Assembly (NCBI GenBank): GCA_963663965.2
Contig: CAXXFK010000033.1
Location: 192,001 to 256,000 of the forward strand
Length of the DNA stretch: 64,000 nucleotides
Direction of reading: 5' to 3'
DNA from: Sedimentisphaerales bacterium
GTDB taxonomy: Bacteria; Planctomycetota; Phycisphaerae; Sedimentisphaerales; SM23-30
The first letter of the stretch is position 1. Each line of letters starts with the position of its first letter. The translations under genes were made by a program, and so were the position numbers. The notes beneath the pieces are model-generated. The model saw only the letters and a program-made list of their open reading frames with translations. It was not told the origin of the DNA and searched no databases. Positions 49,223 through 61,919 of the stretch are shown here, piece by piece.

Positions 49223-50953
49223 ATGGATAACCGAGACATGAATGAGGAACTGAACAATCAAGCCAGATTGGCGAGAGGGAAACTCCTGATTTTAAAAGGG
49301 TCACAAAAGGAATTGACGGGGAACTTATTCGGGCATTTAAACGAAACCTATGAGTTGTTATTAAGCAGCGAACCCAGGGATATGCTCAATGAGGGGCGAC
49401 TGGGGGATTGCGAATGGGCGTTGATCGATCCGGCGCTGCTGACCAATTTTGATGAGCGTACCACCGGCCGTCAGGCGATCGAAATTCTGAATCATATTGG
49501 TGAAGGTGTTTGCATCGTGAATGGCGATGGCATGACCCTGTGGGCGAATCACAAGATGGAGGAATTCGGGGCATCCATCAAGGAAAGCGTATCGAAGAAG
49601 AGTCGTGAGGCCTGTGAGTATTTCATCAGAACCAGGGCCGGTCAGGAAAGTGGCGGCGATAATCTGCGGTCGAGAAAGTATTCTTTTACTGAAGAGGATA
49701 CACACCGTTATTTTGAAATGTGTGTCTCGCCGATCCATGACGCGAATAGCAGGATTGCCCGGGTTGCCACGATCATCTGGGAGGCGACTGCCAGTCAGCG
49801 TTTGCAGAAACGGATCAACGCCATCGACAAAGCCGGCAGCGAACTGGTGCGAATCGAGGCTGAAACGATCCGCCATCTGAACGTTGAACAGCGAATCAGC
49901 CTGCTGCAGGACAAAATTGTCCGTTACGCGCGCGAACTGCTGCATTTCGACAAGTTTTCGATCCGGTTGCTAAACAGGTCCAATAATCAGCTGGAATTAT
50001 TATTTGGTGTGGGAGTGCATCCGGGTGATTTGGAGATATTTGCCAATATCGAAAACAATGGTATTATCGGATACGTGGCGGCTTCGGGACGCAGTTATAT
50101 CTGCAACAATCCCCTGTGTGATCCGCATTTCATGCCCGGGCTGGACAGCGGCGCCTGTTCATTGACGGTTCCATTAAGGCTGCATGACAAGGTGATTGGC
50201 TCCTTGAATGTCCAGAGCGAAAAATCCAACGCGTTCAGCGAAGAGGATCGTCAGGTTGCCGAGATATTCGCTCGTTATATCGCGATTGCCATGAATATTC
50301 TGGAGTTGATGGTGGTTGAGCGGCATCAAATAGCCGGTCAGGCGGCCGAGGATATTAATCGCGCGTTGAGCGGCCCGCTGGGCACCATTTTAACTGAAGT
50401 CACATTTATTCAGGAAGAATATATCGGCCATGATGATATCCGGCGCAGACTGCAGATTGTCATAGACAGCGCGGATCAGATCAAAAAAGCGATCAGGGAA
50501 CTTAAAAACGCCCCCAAAGGGATCGTTGACTTGCGGGGTTCCGAGCCGGTCCAGGCTGATCCGAGATTCAGTGGGAAACGGATTCTGGTGGTGGATGATG
50601 AGGAATTTATCCGGCAGACGATAGTGGATGTGGTTCGGGAAAAGGGGTGCGAAGCGGATTATGCCTGTGATGGGAAACAGGCGATCGAGAAATTGAAAGC
50701 GGGCCGTTATGATCTGGTGATTTCGGATATTAAAATGCCTTACGCGACCGGTTATGATGTGTTTGCCGCCGCCCGGCAAATCGATTCTTCAATGGGGGTT
50801 ATTCTGATGACCGGTTTTGGATATGATCCGAATCATTCCATTGTCAGGGCGAACCGGGAAGGATTAAATGCCGTCTTGTACAAGCCGTTTAAAGTGGATC
50901 AACTGCTGAAGGATGTGATAGACGCGCTCGAATCCAGGAATCTAACTAACTAA
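49223..50953 (+). CDS. PAS-GAF-receiver signalling protein
   Basis: IGEGVCIV (PAS-like), GIIGYVAASG...SLTVPL (GAF), ILVVDDE...SDIKMP...KPF (receiver). Confidence 0.88.
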   Translation: MDNRDMNEELNNQARLARGKLLILKGSQKELTGNLFGHLNETYELLLSSEPRDMLNEGRLGDCEWALIDPALLTNFDERTTGRQAIEILNHIGEGVCIVNGDGMTLWANHKMEEFGASIKESVSKKSREACEYFIRTRAGQESGGDNLRSRKYSFTEEDTHRYFEMCVSPIHDANSRIARVATIIWEATASQRLQKRINAIDKAGSELVRIEAETIRHLNVEQRISLLQDKIVRYARELLHFDKFSIRLLNRSNNQLELLFGVGVHPGDLEIFANIENNGIIGYVAASGRSYICNNPLCDPHFMPGLDSGACSLTVPLRLHDKVIGSLNVQSEKSNAFSEEDRQVAEIFARYIAIAMNILELMVVERHQIAGQAAEDINRALSGPLGTILTEVTFIQEEYIGHDDIRRRLQIVIDSADQIKKAIRELKNAPKGIVDLRGSEPVQADPRFSGKRILVVDDEEFIRQTIVDVVREKGCEADYACDGKQAIEKLKAGRYDLVISDIKMPYATGYDVFAAARQIDSSMGVILMTGFGYDPNHSIVRANREGLNAVLYKPFKVDQLLKDVIDALESRNLTN

Positions 50954-51112
50954 AATTCAATTGCTTAAGTTTAGTTGGTCCTTACTGGAATTGATCAGTA
51001 TTTGTGTAAATATTCTGTTAAAGCTATTGAAGATTAAAGATATTTACACTAATATCAGAAATAGAGTGTTATAGAGGGACAAGAGAAATCCTATAATCCG
51101 TCAAGAGGAAGT

Positions 51113-51592
51113 ATGTACCAGTACTTTTCAGATACAGCCAAAGAAGTTTTAAAGATAGCCAGTAAGATCGCAAAAGTCGATTCCAGGGAATACATTGGCA
51201 CAGAAGATGTTTTGCTGGCCATTCTGGAGCATGGAGTCGGGTTGGGAGCGCAGATTCTGCAGAAATACTCCATATCCCTTTATGCGGTTCAGGATCAGAT
51301 CCACCTGTTGAGGCGGGGCGCTAATGAAGAGACCTGGATAATGGGGCGGTTGCCGGGCACGCCCAATTTCAAGCAAGTGATAGCCAGAGCCATGGAAGAA
51401 GCAGAAGTGATGCGTGATACCCGGGTAGGGACTGAATATCTATTATTGGGAATTTTGCGAGAAAAAGGCTGTATGGCGGAACGGGTATTAGGCACTTTGG
51501 GCATAAAGTTGTCGCAAGCAAGACAGGAACTGGCGGCGATGAGAGGTCGGCCCATGCCATTGCCAAAAATGTTTGAACGTCTCTGCTATTAA
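51113..51592 (+). CDS. stand-alone Clp N-terminal (ClpN) domain protein
   Basis: Two repeats, IGTEDVLLAIL and VGTEYLLLGILRE; no AAA+ domain. Confidence 0.85.
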   Translation: MYQYFSDTAKEVLKIASKIAKVDSREYIGTEDVLLAILEHGVGLGAQILQKYSISLYAVQDQIHLLRRGANEETWIMGRLPGTPNFKQVIARAMEEAEVMRDTRVGTEYLLLGILREKGCMAERVLGTLGIKLSQARQELAAMRGRPMPLPKMFERLCY

Positions 51593-52023
51593 TCGTAAAA
51601 AGGCTGATATTGGGCGGCCCAATGGCGATATGAAATATAAAATAGGGTGTATTTATATAACATTTTCTGGTTTTTTGGCGGGATTTCGATTATACTTTAA
51701 TTGACATGCAAAGATAAAAGCTGCCTGATACATAAGGTGGATCCATGTACCGGCTTTATGAAGAGTTAACAAAATATCAGGCCGCTTCATGCCCAGTTTA
51801 AGTCACTCCTATTTTTTCTGCATAAACACTGGAAAAATCAGTTTGCTTTTGTTAGATTAACATACCTGTTTTCAGATCAGGATGTAAATAAAAACCGAGC
51901 AGGCTCAGGCCGATTAGAAATTATAGCAGACAGAGCCATCAGCCGCAGCCGTCAGATACGAGGTCTTGATCTGAGATCCAATCAAAATCAATTAACAGCT
52001 AACTTAGTACAGGAAGCGATATT

Positions 52024-54552
52024 ATGGCCAAATCCGCCAGAATAGCCTGGGGTATAGATGTAGGAAACTGTGCATTAAAAGCCGTCAAACTGGGCGTCGC
52101 CGGCGATCGGGTGGAAGTGCTTGATTTTGCGGTAATTGAACACGAGAAGATCTTGTCGCAGCCGGAAGTGACCCTGGACCAGAAACGGGAGATGATCACC
52201 AAGGCGCTGACGAATTTCCTGGATAATCATAACACCGCCGGCGCTTCTGTGGTGGTTTCAGTTCCGGGTCAGAGCAGCTTTGCCCGCTTTGTCAAATTAC
52301 CGCCGATCAGCGACCAGAAACGAATTGCTGAAATCGTTCGTTATGAAGCCGAGCAACAGATCCCGTTTCCTATCAATGATGTCGAATGGGACTGGCAGAG
52401 TTTTGAGGATCCCAATACCCCGGAACCTGAAGTCGGGATTTTCGCCATTAAGACCGATCTGGTCAAGGCGGCCCTGGTTCCCTTTTCTGAATTGCGATTG
52501 ATGATCAATACCGTGCAGATGTCGCCGATGGCGCTATACAACCTGTTGCGTTATAATCAATCATTTGTAGAAGGGACGCCATCGGGCGAGGCGATCATCT
52601 GTCTGAATATCGGGGCAGACAATACCGACCTGATCATTGCCGATGGAGTGCGGGTCTGGCAGCGCAGCATCCCGATAGGCGGCAATCATTTTACCGCGTC
52701 CGTTCAGAAGGCATTCAAGCTGGGATTTGCCAAGGCTGAGAATATCAAGCGAACCGCCAGCACGAGTAAATACGCGCGCCAGATATTTCAGGCGATGCGT
52801 CCGGTATTTGCCGATCTGGCGGCGGAGATCCAGCGTTCCCTTGGATTTTACAGCAGCGGCAATCGCGATACGCAATTTCATCACGTCCTGGCGATGGGCA
52901 ATGCCATCAAGCTGCCGGGGTTGATCAAGTTTTTGCAACAGAGCCTGTCGCTGCCGGTCAAGCGGCTGGACACCTTTGAAGGCGTGGATCTGGGTGAAGA
53001 GGTATCGGTCGCCGATTTTACCGGGCATATCCCCACCTTGCCGATTACCATGGGGCTTGCGTTGCAGGGTTTGGGGCTGGCAACGATTAAGAGCAACCTG
53101 TTGCCGCGCGAAGTTGTCAAGCGGACCGCCTGGCAGCGGAAACGGGTCTGGTTTATTGCTTCGAGCGCGGTAATCATGTTCAGCGCGCTGCTGTGTTTCT
53201 TTCAGGCGTATGCTCAGAAAGGGAATATCAACGAAGCCAAAACCGTTCTGGCCCGCGCCAATACCAATAAAGGCAAGGTGGAGTCGGTAATCAATGAGCT
53301 CAATTCGGTCAAAACCGAATTGGAAACGACCAAACAGGAGCGCAGCAAATATACGCAGATTTATAAGGATCCGGATCGTTTTTTAAGCATGGAGATCTTA
53401 CAGGCCATTTATGCCTGTTTGCCCAATGAAACGCATAATCCCAGCTTCAGTTCATTTTATCAGGCCTTTAAAGAAGGCCGGATGGCGGAGGTTATGAAAG
53501 TTGACCGTAAGCAGCGGCCTCAGGTATTTTTAACCAGCGTCAAAGTGGTTTATACCGAGGATTTGTCACTGGATTTCAGCCAGGTTATCCAAACCGGCAC
53601 AGGCCCAGGCGCGGGATTGGGGATGGGGAATACCATGGGAGCCGCTCCGGCAAATCCCGGCATGGGTATGGGTATGGGTATGGGGATGGGCATGGGGATG
53701 GAACCGGGTATGGGGGATCCCGGGATGGGCATGGGGATGGGGGATCCCGGGATGGGCATGGGGATGGGCATGGGTATGGGGACCGGCGTGGCGACGGCTG
53801 CCCCGGAGGCCAAGAATCCGGGATTTGTTATTATTATTGAAGGTTATACCCCCAATGGCGATGGTTTGAAATTTCTGGCTCCACCAGAAGTCAAACTGGA
53901 TCGTCGCCGCTGGGGATTCTTTGATCGACTGCGCCATTTGGGTAAAACGGACAAGAGCCTGAATGAAGCAGGAGCCCAGCAGGTAACGGACGCAGGGTAT
54001 CAAAAACAGCAAAATGACTGGGCGGAAAGCCTGACGTTTGAGGCTTATTCGGGAGATGATCCGCTTTCCAAACGCTATTTTAACCAATCGGAAAACGGTT
54101 ATATCAGTGGCGCCATTGAGAATCCGCTGCAACCCAATCCCTATGGTCTGGGAATTCTGAAAGCCGTCTCTTCAAAAGCCGGTAATAACGCCATGATGGG
54201 TAATATGGGGATGGAGATGGGGATGGGAATGGATCCATCAGGCATGGGCATGGGCGGAGGTATGGATATGGTGGGTGGCGGCATGGGCGCGGGGAACACC
54301 GGGCAGCGACCGGAATTTCTGGATCGATATACGATGGAAACCATTAGTGATGTGGTTCGTCGAGACGCCAATGGCGCGGCCGTGCCGGATAGCACCGGGA
54401 AACCCATTGTTGATCATAACGACAGCTGGTTCCGGGTCAAATTCAAACTTATCCGTAAAAAGGACAAGACCGCGACCCCGGAGTCGCCTGCAAATGACGG
54501 CATGAATCCCGGCGGAGCAGGAATGGGAATGGGCCGTGAGCCCATGCTTTAA
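52024..54552 (+). CDS. pilM: type IV pilus assembly protein PilM with C-terminal membrane/periplasmic extension
   Basis: WGIDVGNCALKAVKL, VRYEAEQQIPF, IPIGGNHFT, EIQRSL, then NLLP + TM (PilN-like) and Met-Gly repeats. Confidence 0.9.
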   Translation: MAKSARIAWGIDVGNCALKAVKLGVAGDRVEVLDFAVIEHEKILSQPEVTLDQKREMITKALTNFLDNHNTAGASVVVSVPGQSSFARFVKLPPISDQKRIAEIVRYEAEQQIPFPINDVEWDWQSFEDPNTPEPEVGIFAIKTDLVKAALVPFSELRLMINTVQMSPMALYNLLRYNQSFVEGTPSGEAIICLNIGADNTDLIIADGVRVWQRSIPIGGNHFTASVQKAFKLGFAKAENIKRTASTSKYARQIFQAMRPVFADLAAEIQRSLGFYSSGNRDTQFHHVLAMGNAIKLPGLIKFLQQSLSLPVKRLDTFEGVDLGEEVSVADFTGHIPTLPITMGLALQGLGLATIKSNLLPREVVKRTAWQRKRVWFIASSAVIMFSALLCFFQAYAQKGNINEAKTVLARANTNKGKVESVINELNSVKTELETTKQERSKYTQIYKDPDRFLSMEILQAIYACLPNETHNPSFSSFYQAFKEGRMAEVMKVDRKQRPQVFLTSVKVVYTEDLSLDFSQVIQTGTGPGAGLGMGNTMGAAPANPGMGMGMGMGMGMGMEPGMGDPGMGMGMGDPGMGMGMGMGMGTGVATAAPEAKNPGFVIIIEGYTPNGDGLKFLAPPEVKLDRRRWGFFDRLRHLGKTDKSLNEAGAQQVTDAGYQKQQNDWAESLTFEAYSGDDPLSKRYFNQSENGYISGAIENPLQPNPYGLGILKAVSSKAGNNAMMGNMGMEMGMGMDPSGMGMGGGMDMVGGGMGAGNTGQRPEFLDRYTMETISDVVRRDANGAAVPDSTGKPIVDHNDSWFRVKFKLIRKKDKTATPESPANDGMNPGGAGMGMGREPML

Positions 54553-54670
54553 GTTTAAGATGGGCATGAACCGGAGGCCTGTGATGATGAACAGGCGGCA
54601 ATCCGTGCGACAAGCAGCGATCAATTTGTTGCAGTGATAGTTTGAGATACTGACTACTTAGAGGTAAGTT

Positions 54671-56116
<1,446 letters not shown>

Positions 56117-56202
56117 TAGATATGGCGAGCTAACGTATTAAACATATTGACCGGACCGTATCGTTTTCACTCGGTTCGACAATTTCTAGAAGGATTAAAT
56201 TT

Positions 56203-57954
56203 ATGGCAAAGAAACAGACCATGAACCTGTTCGAGGCCCATGTCGAAAAGCTGGTCGCCCTGATTGCCCTGGTTGTGCTGGCGTGGGTCGTCGTATTTAA
56301 ACTAATGGATCCTCCGGCTGTGGAGTTGCGAGGCGAGAGAATTCCCGCGACCGAAGCGGCCGATCAGGCATTGAGAAAGTCAGAGGAGTTGACCCGAACG
56401 TTAACCAATCAATCGCGGGAAGGCTCGCCACCGGCGGAAATCGCGCAGGCGCCGGGTATGTTCGAACCGGGGGACACCCATTTTAAATTGAACAAAGATC
56501 TGTATAATCAAAACGTCATCGTCAAGCAGCAAACCGACAAGCGTGAATATCTTCTTCCGCCGGTACCGGATCTGCGTGAGGTGAAAATCGATTTTACCCG
56601 AGGCCAGGCTCAGGCGTCCAATCGTACTGCCGGCGGGGGCGATATGGGATTAGGCATGGGCATGGGCATGGAGATGGGGGGGATGGGGACGCCACCCGCC
56701 CTGACAGCCAATCTGATCGATGTTGATTTTGTTACGGTGGAAGCGAAATTCAGTATGACCGATTTTTATAATGCGTTTGAAGCCAGCTTAAAAGGGCCGG
56801 ATATCGCCAAGCCGCTGTCAGAATATCCTGCTCAACCGGTGGTTGCGACCGTATTGCTGGAACGTCGCGAATTGCTGGCCGACGGGCAATGGGGGGATCC
56901 GGTATCGGTCCCGTTTTTGTCGACTAATCAAGCATTAAACCTCGGCGCGCTATCCATTGGGGATATCGAGCAAATGACCCCGGCGGTGTATGAGGCGTCA
57001 TTCGTACGGCGCGCTCAAGCCTATCAAGAGCAGATCAATTATCTCCAGCCGATTCCCTATAATATGTATGGAGAGACCTGGAAACCCCCATCAGAAAAAG
57101 CAGCAGAGTCGACTGCCAATACCCGAACCGCCGGGCCGGGTATGGTTGGAGGGATGGATGGAATGGGGATGGATCCCATGGGTATGGGTATGGGTATGGG
57201 TATGGGAGTAGGAGGTATGAGTGGCAATCTGAATACCAATGATCTGAAAGTATGGGCTCATGACAATACCGTCACGCCGGGAGCCATTTACGATTACCGG
57301 ATATCACTGGGTTTTTTCAATCCCATATACGGCAAAGAGTGGGCGGGTCCCGGTCAGGAAAAACTGAAGAATGAAAAGATTCTCTGGTCCAAGCGCGGCG
57401 TGCCTGAAAATGCCGTTCAGATTCCACCGCGTACGGTATTCTTTCCCAAGTCGGCCAGTGCCGGCAATCCCACCGAAAAAGTGGCCAGTGTGACCGTCTA
57501 TCATTATCAGGATGGCAAGTGGTATGATCGTTCGTACCGGATCCTGCCGGGTTCTGTGATCGGTTCGGTGGAAGAAGTACGCCCCAAAACCAGGCCGCAG
57601 CCCGCGCCCAGACCCGGTCAACCTCGAACCCCCGCTGCAGAGGAACCGGCAGTATCCGTCGATTTCCGGACGGGAATCACCGTGGTAGATATCTTACCAA
57701 ACAGTAAACGCTGGCTGCCGGGGCCATCCCTGACCGAGCAGATGGCCACGGATATCCTTTTCCGGTATCCGGATGGCTCGGTGCATCGTCTGGGGACAGA
57801 AAAGAATACCTGGCCGGAAAACCTGTCGAATGCCTATACCATGATTCAGAAAGAGTTACGCAAGCAACGTGATCGTGAGAGCCGTTCGCCCAATCAGCGG
57901 TCTGGCAATATGGGAATGGGAATGGATCCCACAGGCATGGGCATGGGTGGATAG
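56203..57954 (+). CDS. pilM-operon membrane-anchored protein with Met-Gly repeats
   Basis: HVEK + TM helix; DNTVTPGAIYDYRI..FNP motif. Confidence 0.7.
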   Translation: MAKKQTMNLFEAHVEKLVALIALVVLAWVVVFKLMDPPAVELRGERIPATEAADQALRKSEELTRTLTNQSREGSPPAEIAQAPGMFEPGDTHFKLNKDLYNQNVIVKQQTDKREYLLPPVPDLREVKIDFTRGQAQASNRTAGGGDMGLGMGMGMEMGGMGTPPALTANLIDVDFVTVEAKFSMTDFYNAFEASLKGPDIAKPLSEYPAQPVVATVLLERRELLADGQWGDPVSVPFLSTNQALNLGALSIGDIEQMTPAVYEASFVRRAQAYQEQINYLQPIPYNMYGETWKPPSEKAAESTANTRTAGPGMVGGMDGMGMDPMGMGMGMGMGVGGMSGNLNTNDLKVWAHDNTVTPGAIYDYRISLGFFNPIYGKEWAGPGQEKLKNEKILWSKRGVPENAVQIPPRTVFFPKSASAGNPTEKVASVTVYHYQDGKWYDRSYRILPGSVIGSVEEVRPKTRPQPAPRPGQPRTPAAEEPAVSVDFRTGITVVDILPNSKRWLPGPSLTEQMATDILFRYPDGSVHRLGTEKNTWPENLSNAYTMIQKELRKQRDRESRSPNQRSGNMGMGMDPTGMGMGG

Positions 57955-58073
57955 GTAACGCGCATTCATTCGGACAAAAGTTATAACCGGAGATCGACGA
58001 TGTGATCTTCGGTTTTTTTATATCCGGCAGGTGTAAGACCGAGATATTTCATTTTTGGGGGTACTATCGGAAT

Positions 58074-58961
58074 ATGGATGTTGATACATTTTTAGCAATG
58101 ATGTATCCATTTTTGAGTGGTATGGCGTTTTTAGGCGGAACCGTTTTTCTTATGATTGCCGTTGGTATCTATCGCCTGCGATTCAAATGGACCAAGGTGA
58201 TGGGGATTTTATGGGGTTTACTGGCGTTGATGGTGATTGTGGTCTCTGCCGAACCGCTATTGTTCCGGGTATACAGTATCTGGGGAATCGCCTTGGCAGG
58301 AGTTGTGATCGGCAGTATAACGAAAAAGAGACAATTGAGCAATTGGAGCCATGTTGTTTTTAACGTCATTACTTTGGTTATCTTGATGCAGGCGATTAAT
58401 AAACAGCAATTACCAGTTGTTTTTCAGGGGGACTATGATGAAATTTATCTTATTGGCGATTCGGTGAGCGCTGGAATTGGGGGGCGAGACGAGATTATCT
58501 GGCCGGCGATATTCGAACAGGAAACCGGTTGTCGGGTAATTAACGCGGCGGTGGCCGGAGCAACCGCTGAGAGTGCCCTGGAGCAGGTTGACCAGATTAA
58601 AGAAGGCGGAAAAAAGCTAGTGATCGTCGAAATTGGCGGGAACGATCTGTTAGGACAGGCGACGCCAAGCGACTATTACGATAATCTCGAGCGGTTAATA
58701 GAAGCGATCAGAAAGAAAACCGATGGGCCGGTGGTGATGCTGGAATTGCCTTTACTGCCCTTTAAAAATCAGTTTGGCATGGCACAGCGCCAAATCGCCA
58801 GAAAGTATTCAATCAATCTGGCGCCTCGACGTTATTTCGCCAAGGTACTGTGTACGCCGGGAGCCACCCGGGATGGTGCCCATTTAACCCCGGAGGGCCA
58901 TCAACTGATGGCCCAAATGATGCAACAGATTGTTTCGAAATACTTCAATCCGGCAGATTGA
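58074..58961 (+). CDS. SGNH/GDSL hydrolase with N-terminal TM helices
   Basis: IGDSVS, AGAT, IGGND, DGAH. Start moved to ATG 58074. Confidence 0.88.
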   Translation: MDVDTFLAMMYPFLSGMAFLGGTVFLMIAVGIYRLRFKWTKVMGILWGLLALMVIVVSAEPLLFRVYSIWGIALAGVVIGSITKKRQLSNWSHVVFNVITLVILMQAINKQQLPVVFQGDYDEIYLIGDSVSAGIGGRDEIIWPAIFEQETGCRVINAAVAGATAESALEQVDQIKEGGKKLVIVEIGGNDLLGQATPSDYYDNLERLIEAIRKKTDGPVVMLELPLLPFKNQFGMAQRQIARKYSINLAPRRYFAKVLCTPGATRDGAHLTPEGHQLMAQMMQQIVSKYFNPAD

Positions 58962-58973
58962 TCCGAGCGGACT

Positions 58974-61109
58974 TTATCCGACATCGACCAGGACCAGGTT
59001 ATCGCCAAAGGCCTGTCGCAGGGCTTTTTTCAGTTCCTGATGTTCCGGTTGAGATAGTTGCGGATCCGTCTTAGCCAGGGCAAAGGCATCGCGCCGGGCC
59101 ATCTGTAAGAGATCGAAGTCATCGATCAGATTGGCGATTTTCAATTCGGGTAATCCATGCTGGCTGGTCCCGAAGAACTGGCCGGGGCCGCGCAGGCGCA
59201 GGTCTTCTTCGGCGATACGAAAACCATCATTGGTCTGGGTCATGATTTCGAGCCGGCGCTGAGCCTGTTCATTGAGCGGTGATCCAAACAGGAGGCAACA
59301 GGATTGCTGCCGGCCGCGTCCGATGCGCCCACGCAACTGGTGCAACTGGGCCAGGCCAAAGCGGTCGGCATGTTCGATGACCATGACTGTGGCGTTGGGC
59401 ACATCAACGCCCACTTCGATCACCACGGTGGCGACCAGAATATCAATTTTATGATTGCGGAAATCATCCATGACCTGATTTTTTTCGTCGGCGCTCATCT
59501 GGCCATGGACCAGACCGACGGTGAAATCGGAGAATATGCGTTCCTGCAGGCGTTTGTGTTCGGCCACGGCCGCTTTCAGCAGGCGGGTCTGGTCTTCCGG
59601 CGAAGAGGGAAATCCGTTTTCGTCCAGTAAATCCTGTTCGGTTTCCTGAATATCAACCCGGGGATAAACGAAATAAGCCTGCCGGCCCTGGCGGATCTGG
59701 TCGCGGATAAACTCATAGGCCGAAGGGAGCAGGTCGGGAGTGATCCAGCGGGTATCGATCGGTTTGCGGCCGGGGGGCAGGTTTTCGATGATGGAAACTT
59801 CGAGATCGCCAAAAACGGTCATGGCCAGCGTGCGGGGAATCGGGGTGGCGGTCATCACCAGGTAATGCGGGGCGATGTCCTTGGCGCGAATGGTTTCACG
59901 CTGGCGGACGCCGAATTTATGCTGTTCATCCACAACGACCAGCCCCAGTTCTTTGAAGACCACATCGCTTTGCAGCAAGGCCTGGGTGCCGATGACGATA
60001 TTGATGGTTCCGTCAGCAATCTCCGAAAGCATCAGGCGGCGTTGCGGGCCGGTGATACCGCCTTTGAGCAGGACGCGCCGAACCCGGGAGTGGTTCAGAT
60101 ACCGTTCGATGTTGAGATAGTGCTGTTCGGCCAGAATTTCGGTAGGGGCCATAATCGCGACTTGTTTCCGGTGGGCAACGGTCAGAAGCGCGGCGTAGAG
60201 CGCGACGGCCGTTTTGCCGGAGCCGACATCGCCTTGCAGCAGACGGTTCATGGGGCGGTTGCGGTTCATGTCCTGGCAGATTTCATCGACCACTTTATTT
60301 TGATCCGGGGTAAAATCGAAAGGAAACAGGCGCCGGATCCGCTGATCAATTTTTTCGGAGATCGCCATCGGATACGCATACTGACTGGTCAGGCTATGCT
60401 CTCGACGCAAGCCGATACCCAACTCCATCAGAAACAGCTCATCATAGGCCAGCGCCCGGCGGGCCTGTATGACCTGATCCTGATTTTCCGGATTATGGAT
60501 CCAGTGATAGGCTTCGTTTCGAGAGGGGAGCTTCCGCTGTTCCCGCCAGGATTGAGGATATCTTTCCGTGACGAGGGTTAACAGTTGATCCAGCGCGGTG
60601 TTGATGACCCGGTTGATTATATGGGATGGCAGTTCCGCGGTGGCGGGATAGACGGCGAGTCCTTTGCCTTCCTGTTCGATCAAGTCCTCGGGACCATTGA
60701 TTTTGGTCCATTTGGGATTGACGATTTGCAGGATGCTTTTATAGCGAACGATTTTACCCCAGGCGGCGATCTGATCGCCGGGGAAAATCTGGCCTTTCAT
60801 AAAGGCGGCATTGAACCAGATCAGCAGGCATTTGCCGGAATGATCTTCCAGAACGATTTCCAGACGAGGCGGGTTGGAACGCGGTTTGAATTGCATGGTA
60901 TCGACGATGCCGGCAACCGTGACGGTATGGTTCTGAAGCATATCATTGATGGCGACCAGCGGGGGGCGGAATTCATGGGTGCGCGGGAAGTAGTTTAATA
61001 GTTGTGAGGCCGTGGTAATGCCCAGCCGGGCAAAGATATCGGCCCGGCGCGGCCCTACGCCACGCAGGTATTGAACCGGGCTGTCAGATTGCAGGGTTCT
61101 ATCAGTCAT
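58974..61109 (-). CDS. recG: ATP-dependent DNA helicase RecG
   Basis: RLLQGDVGSGKT, DEQHKFG, MTATPIPRT, QLHQLRGR, DLRLRGPG. Confidence 0.98.
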   Translation of the reverse strand: MTDRTLQSDSPVQYLRGVGPRRADIFARLGITTASQLLNYFPRTHEFRPPLVAINDMLQNHTVTVAGIVDTMQFKPRSNPPRLEIVLEDHSGKCLLIWFNAAFMKGQIFPGDQIAAWGKIVRYKSILQIVNPKWTKINGPEDLIEQEGKGLAVYPATAELPSHIINRVINTALDQLLTLVTERYPQSWREQRKLPSRNEAYHWIHNPENQDQVIQARRALAYDELFLMELGIGLRREHSLTSQYAYPMAISEKIDQRIRRLFPFDFTPDQNKVVDEICQDMNRNRPMNRLLQGDVGSGKTAVALYAALLTVAHRKQVAIMAPTEILAEQHYLNIERYLNHSRVRRVLLKGGITGPQRRLMLSEIADGTINIVIGTQALLQSDVVFKELGLVVVDEQHKFGVRQRETIRAKDIAPHYLVMTATPIPRTLAMTVFGDLEVSIIENLPPGRKPIDTRWITPDLLPSAYEFIRDQIRQGRQAYFVYPRVDIQETEQDLLDENGFPSSPEDQTRLLKAAVAEHKRLQERIFSDFTVGLVHGQMSADEKNQVMDDFRNHKIDILVATVVIEVGVDVPNATVMVIEHADRFGLAQLHQLRGRIGRGRQQSCCLLFGSPLNEQAQRRLEIMTQTNDGFRIAEEDLRLRGPGQFFGTSQHGLPELKIANLIDDFDLLQMARRDAFALAKTDPQLSQPEHQELKKALRQAFGDNLVLVDVG

Positions 61110-61382
61110 AATACAAAAATAATGTCCGACGCATCAGGATTCAAGCATTTAAACGATTTACCCTAAAAAGAAACGCGTCATCATATCACAGGCAAAAATA
61201 CCTTTTTTGGCTTTCCCACCCAAAAAATGGAACAAGAGCCAATCCGGTTATACCCATCGGGTAAGGAAATGTCCGATCGTTCGCAAGCTAAGATTTTGCT
61301 CGTAAAAGAGTTATTTCACGGCCCAGGTATATTATCCATCGTTAAGGGTATAAATGATGCGAATCGGCTGGCTATGGCCTGT

Positions 61383-61919
61383 TTATACGGTATTCTCATC
61401 CGGGGAATCAGTATCCGGCAATGATGCTGTTTCGTCGCCGGCGTTTGCATTCTGGCCGCCGGCTTTGCTGATGATTTCATCCAGCAGCAGGCCGAGTTTG
61501 TCGTAGTGTTTATCGGAAAATTTCAAAGCTCTTTCCGAACCGTTTTCCTGAAAGAACAGGATGAAATACCCTTTTTCCTGGAAATTCCGTTTGTCCAGTT
61601 TGGTAATGGCTGAATAGGGAATAGCTGTTTTGCCATCGATTTGGAGCCCATTGTCATCGGCCACTATTTTTCTTTTTTTTAATAATGCCATGCTGACAAA
61701 ACAGTAAATGGCGAACGCGCCGGTTAAGAATGGGGTGGCCCGGTTGATTTTCAGATCAAGCGTGGGCTGACCTTCGCCTTTTTCCATTTCTTTTTTATAA
61801 TAATTGCTGTTGGGGTTGTAGCCGTCATTGATGAACCAGACCGAGACCCCAAGCAGAATAAAACCAAAAATGAGGAAGTTTTTAATTGAATAATTGCTGG
61901 ATGGAATTTCAAGCGCCAT
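61383..61919 (-). CDS. hypothetical membrane protein
   Basis: 178 aa, two TM helices, RBS AAAGGA. Confidence 0.75.
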   Translation of the reverse strand: MALEIPSSNYSIKNFLIFGFILLGVSVWFINDGYNPNSNYYKKEMEKGEGQPTLDLKINRATPFLTGAFAIYCFVSMALLKKRKIVADDNGLQIDGKTAIPYSAITKLDKRNFQEKGYFILFFQENGSERALKFSDKHYDKLGLLLDEIISKAGGQNANAGDETASLPDTDSPDENTV

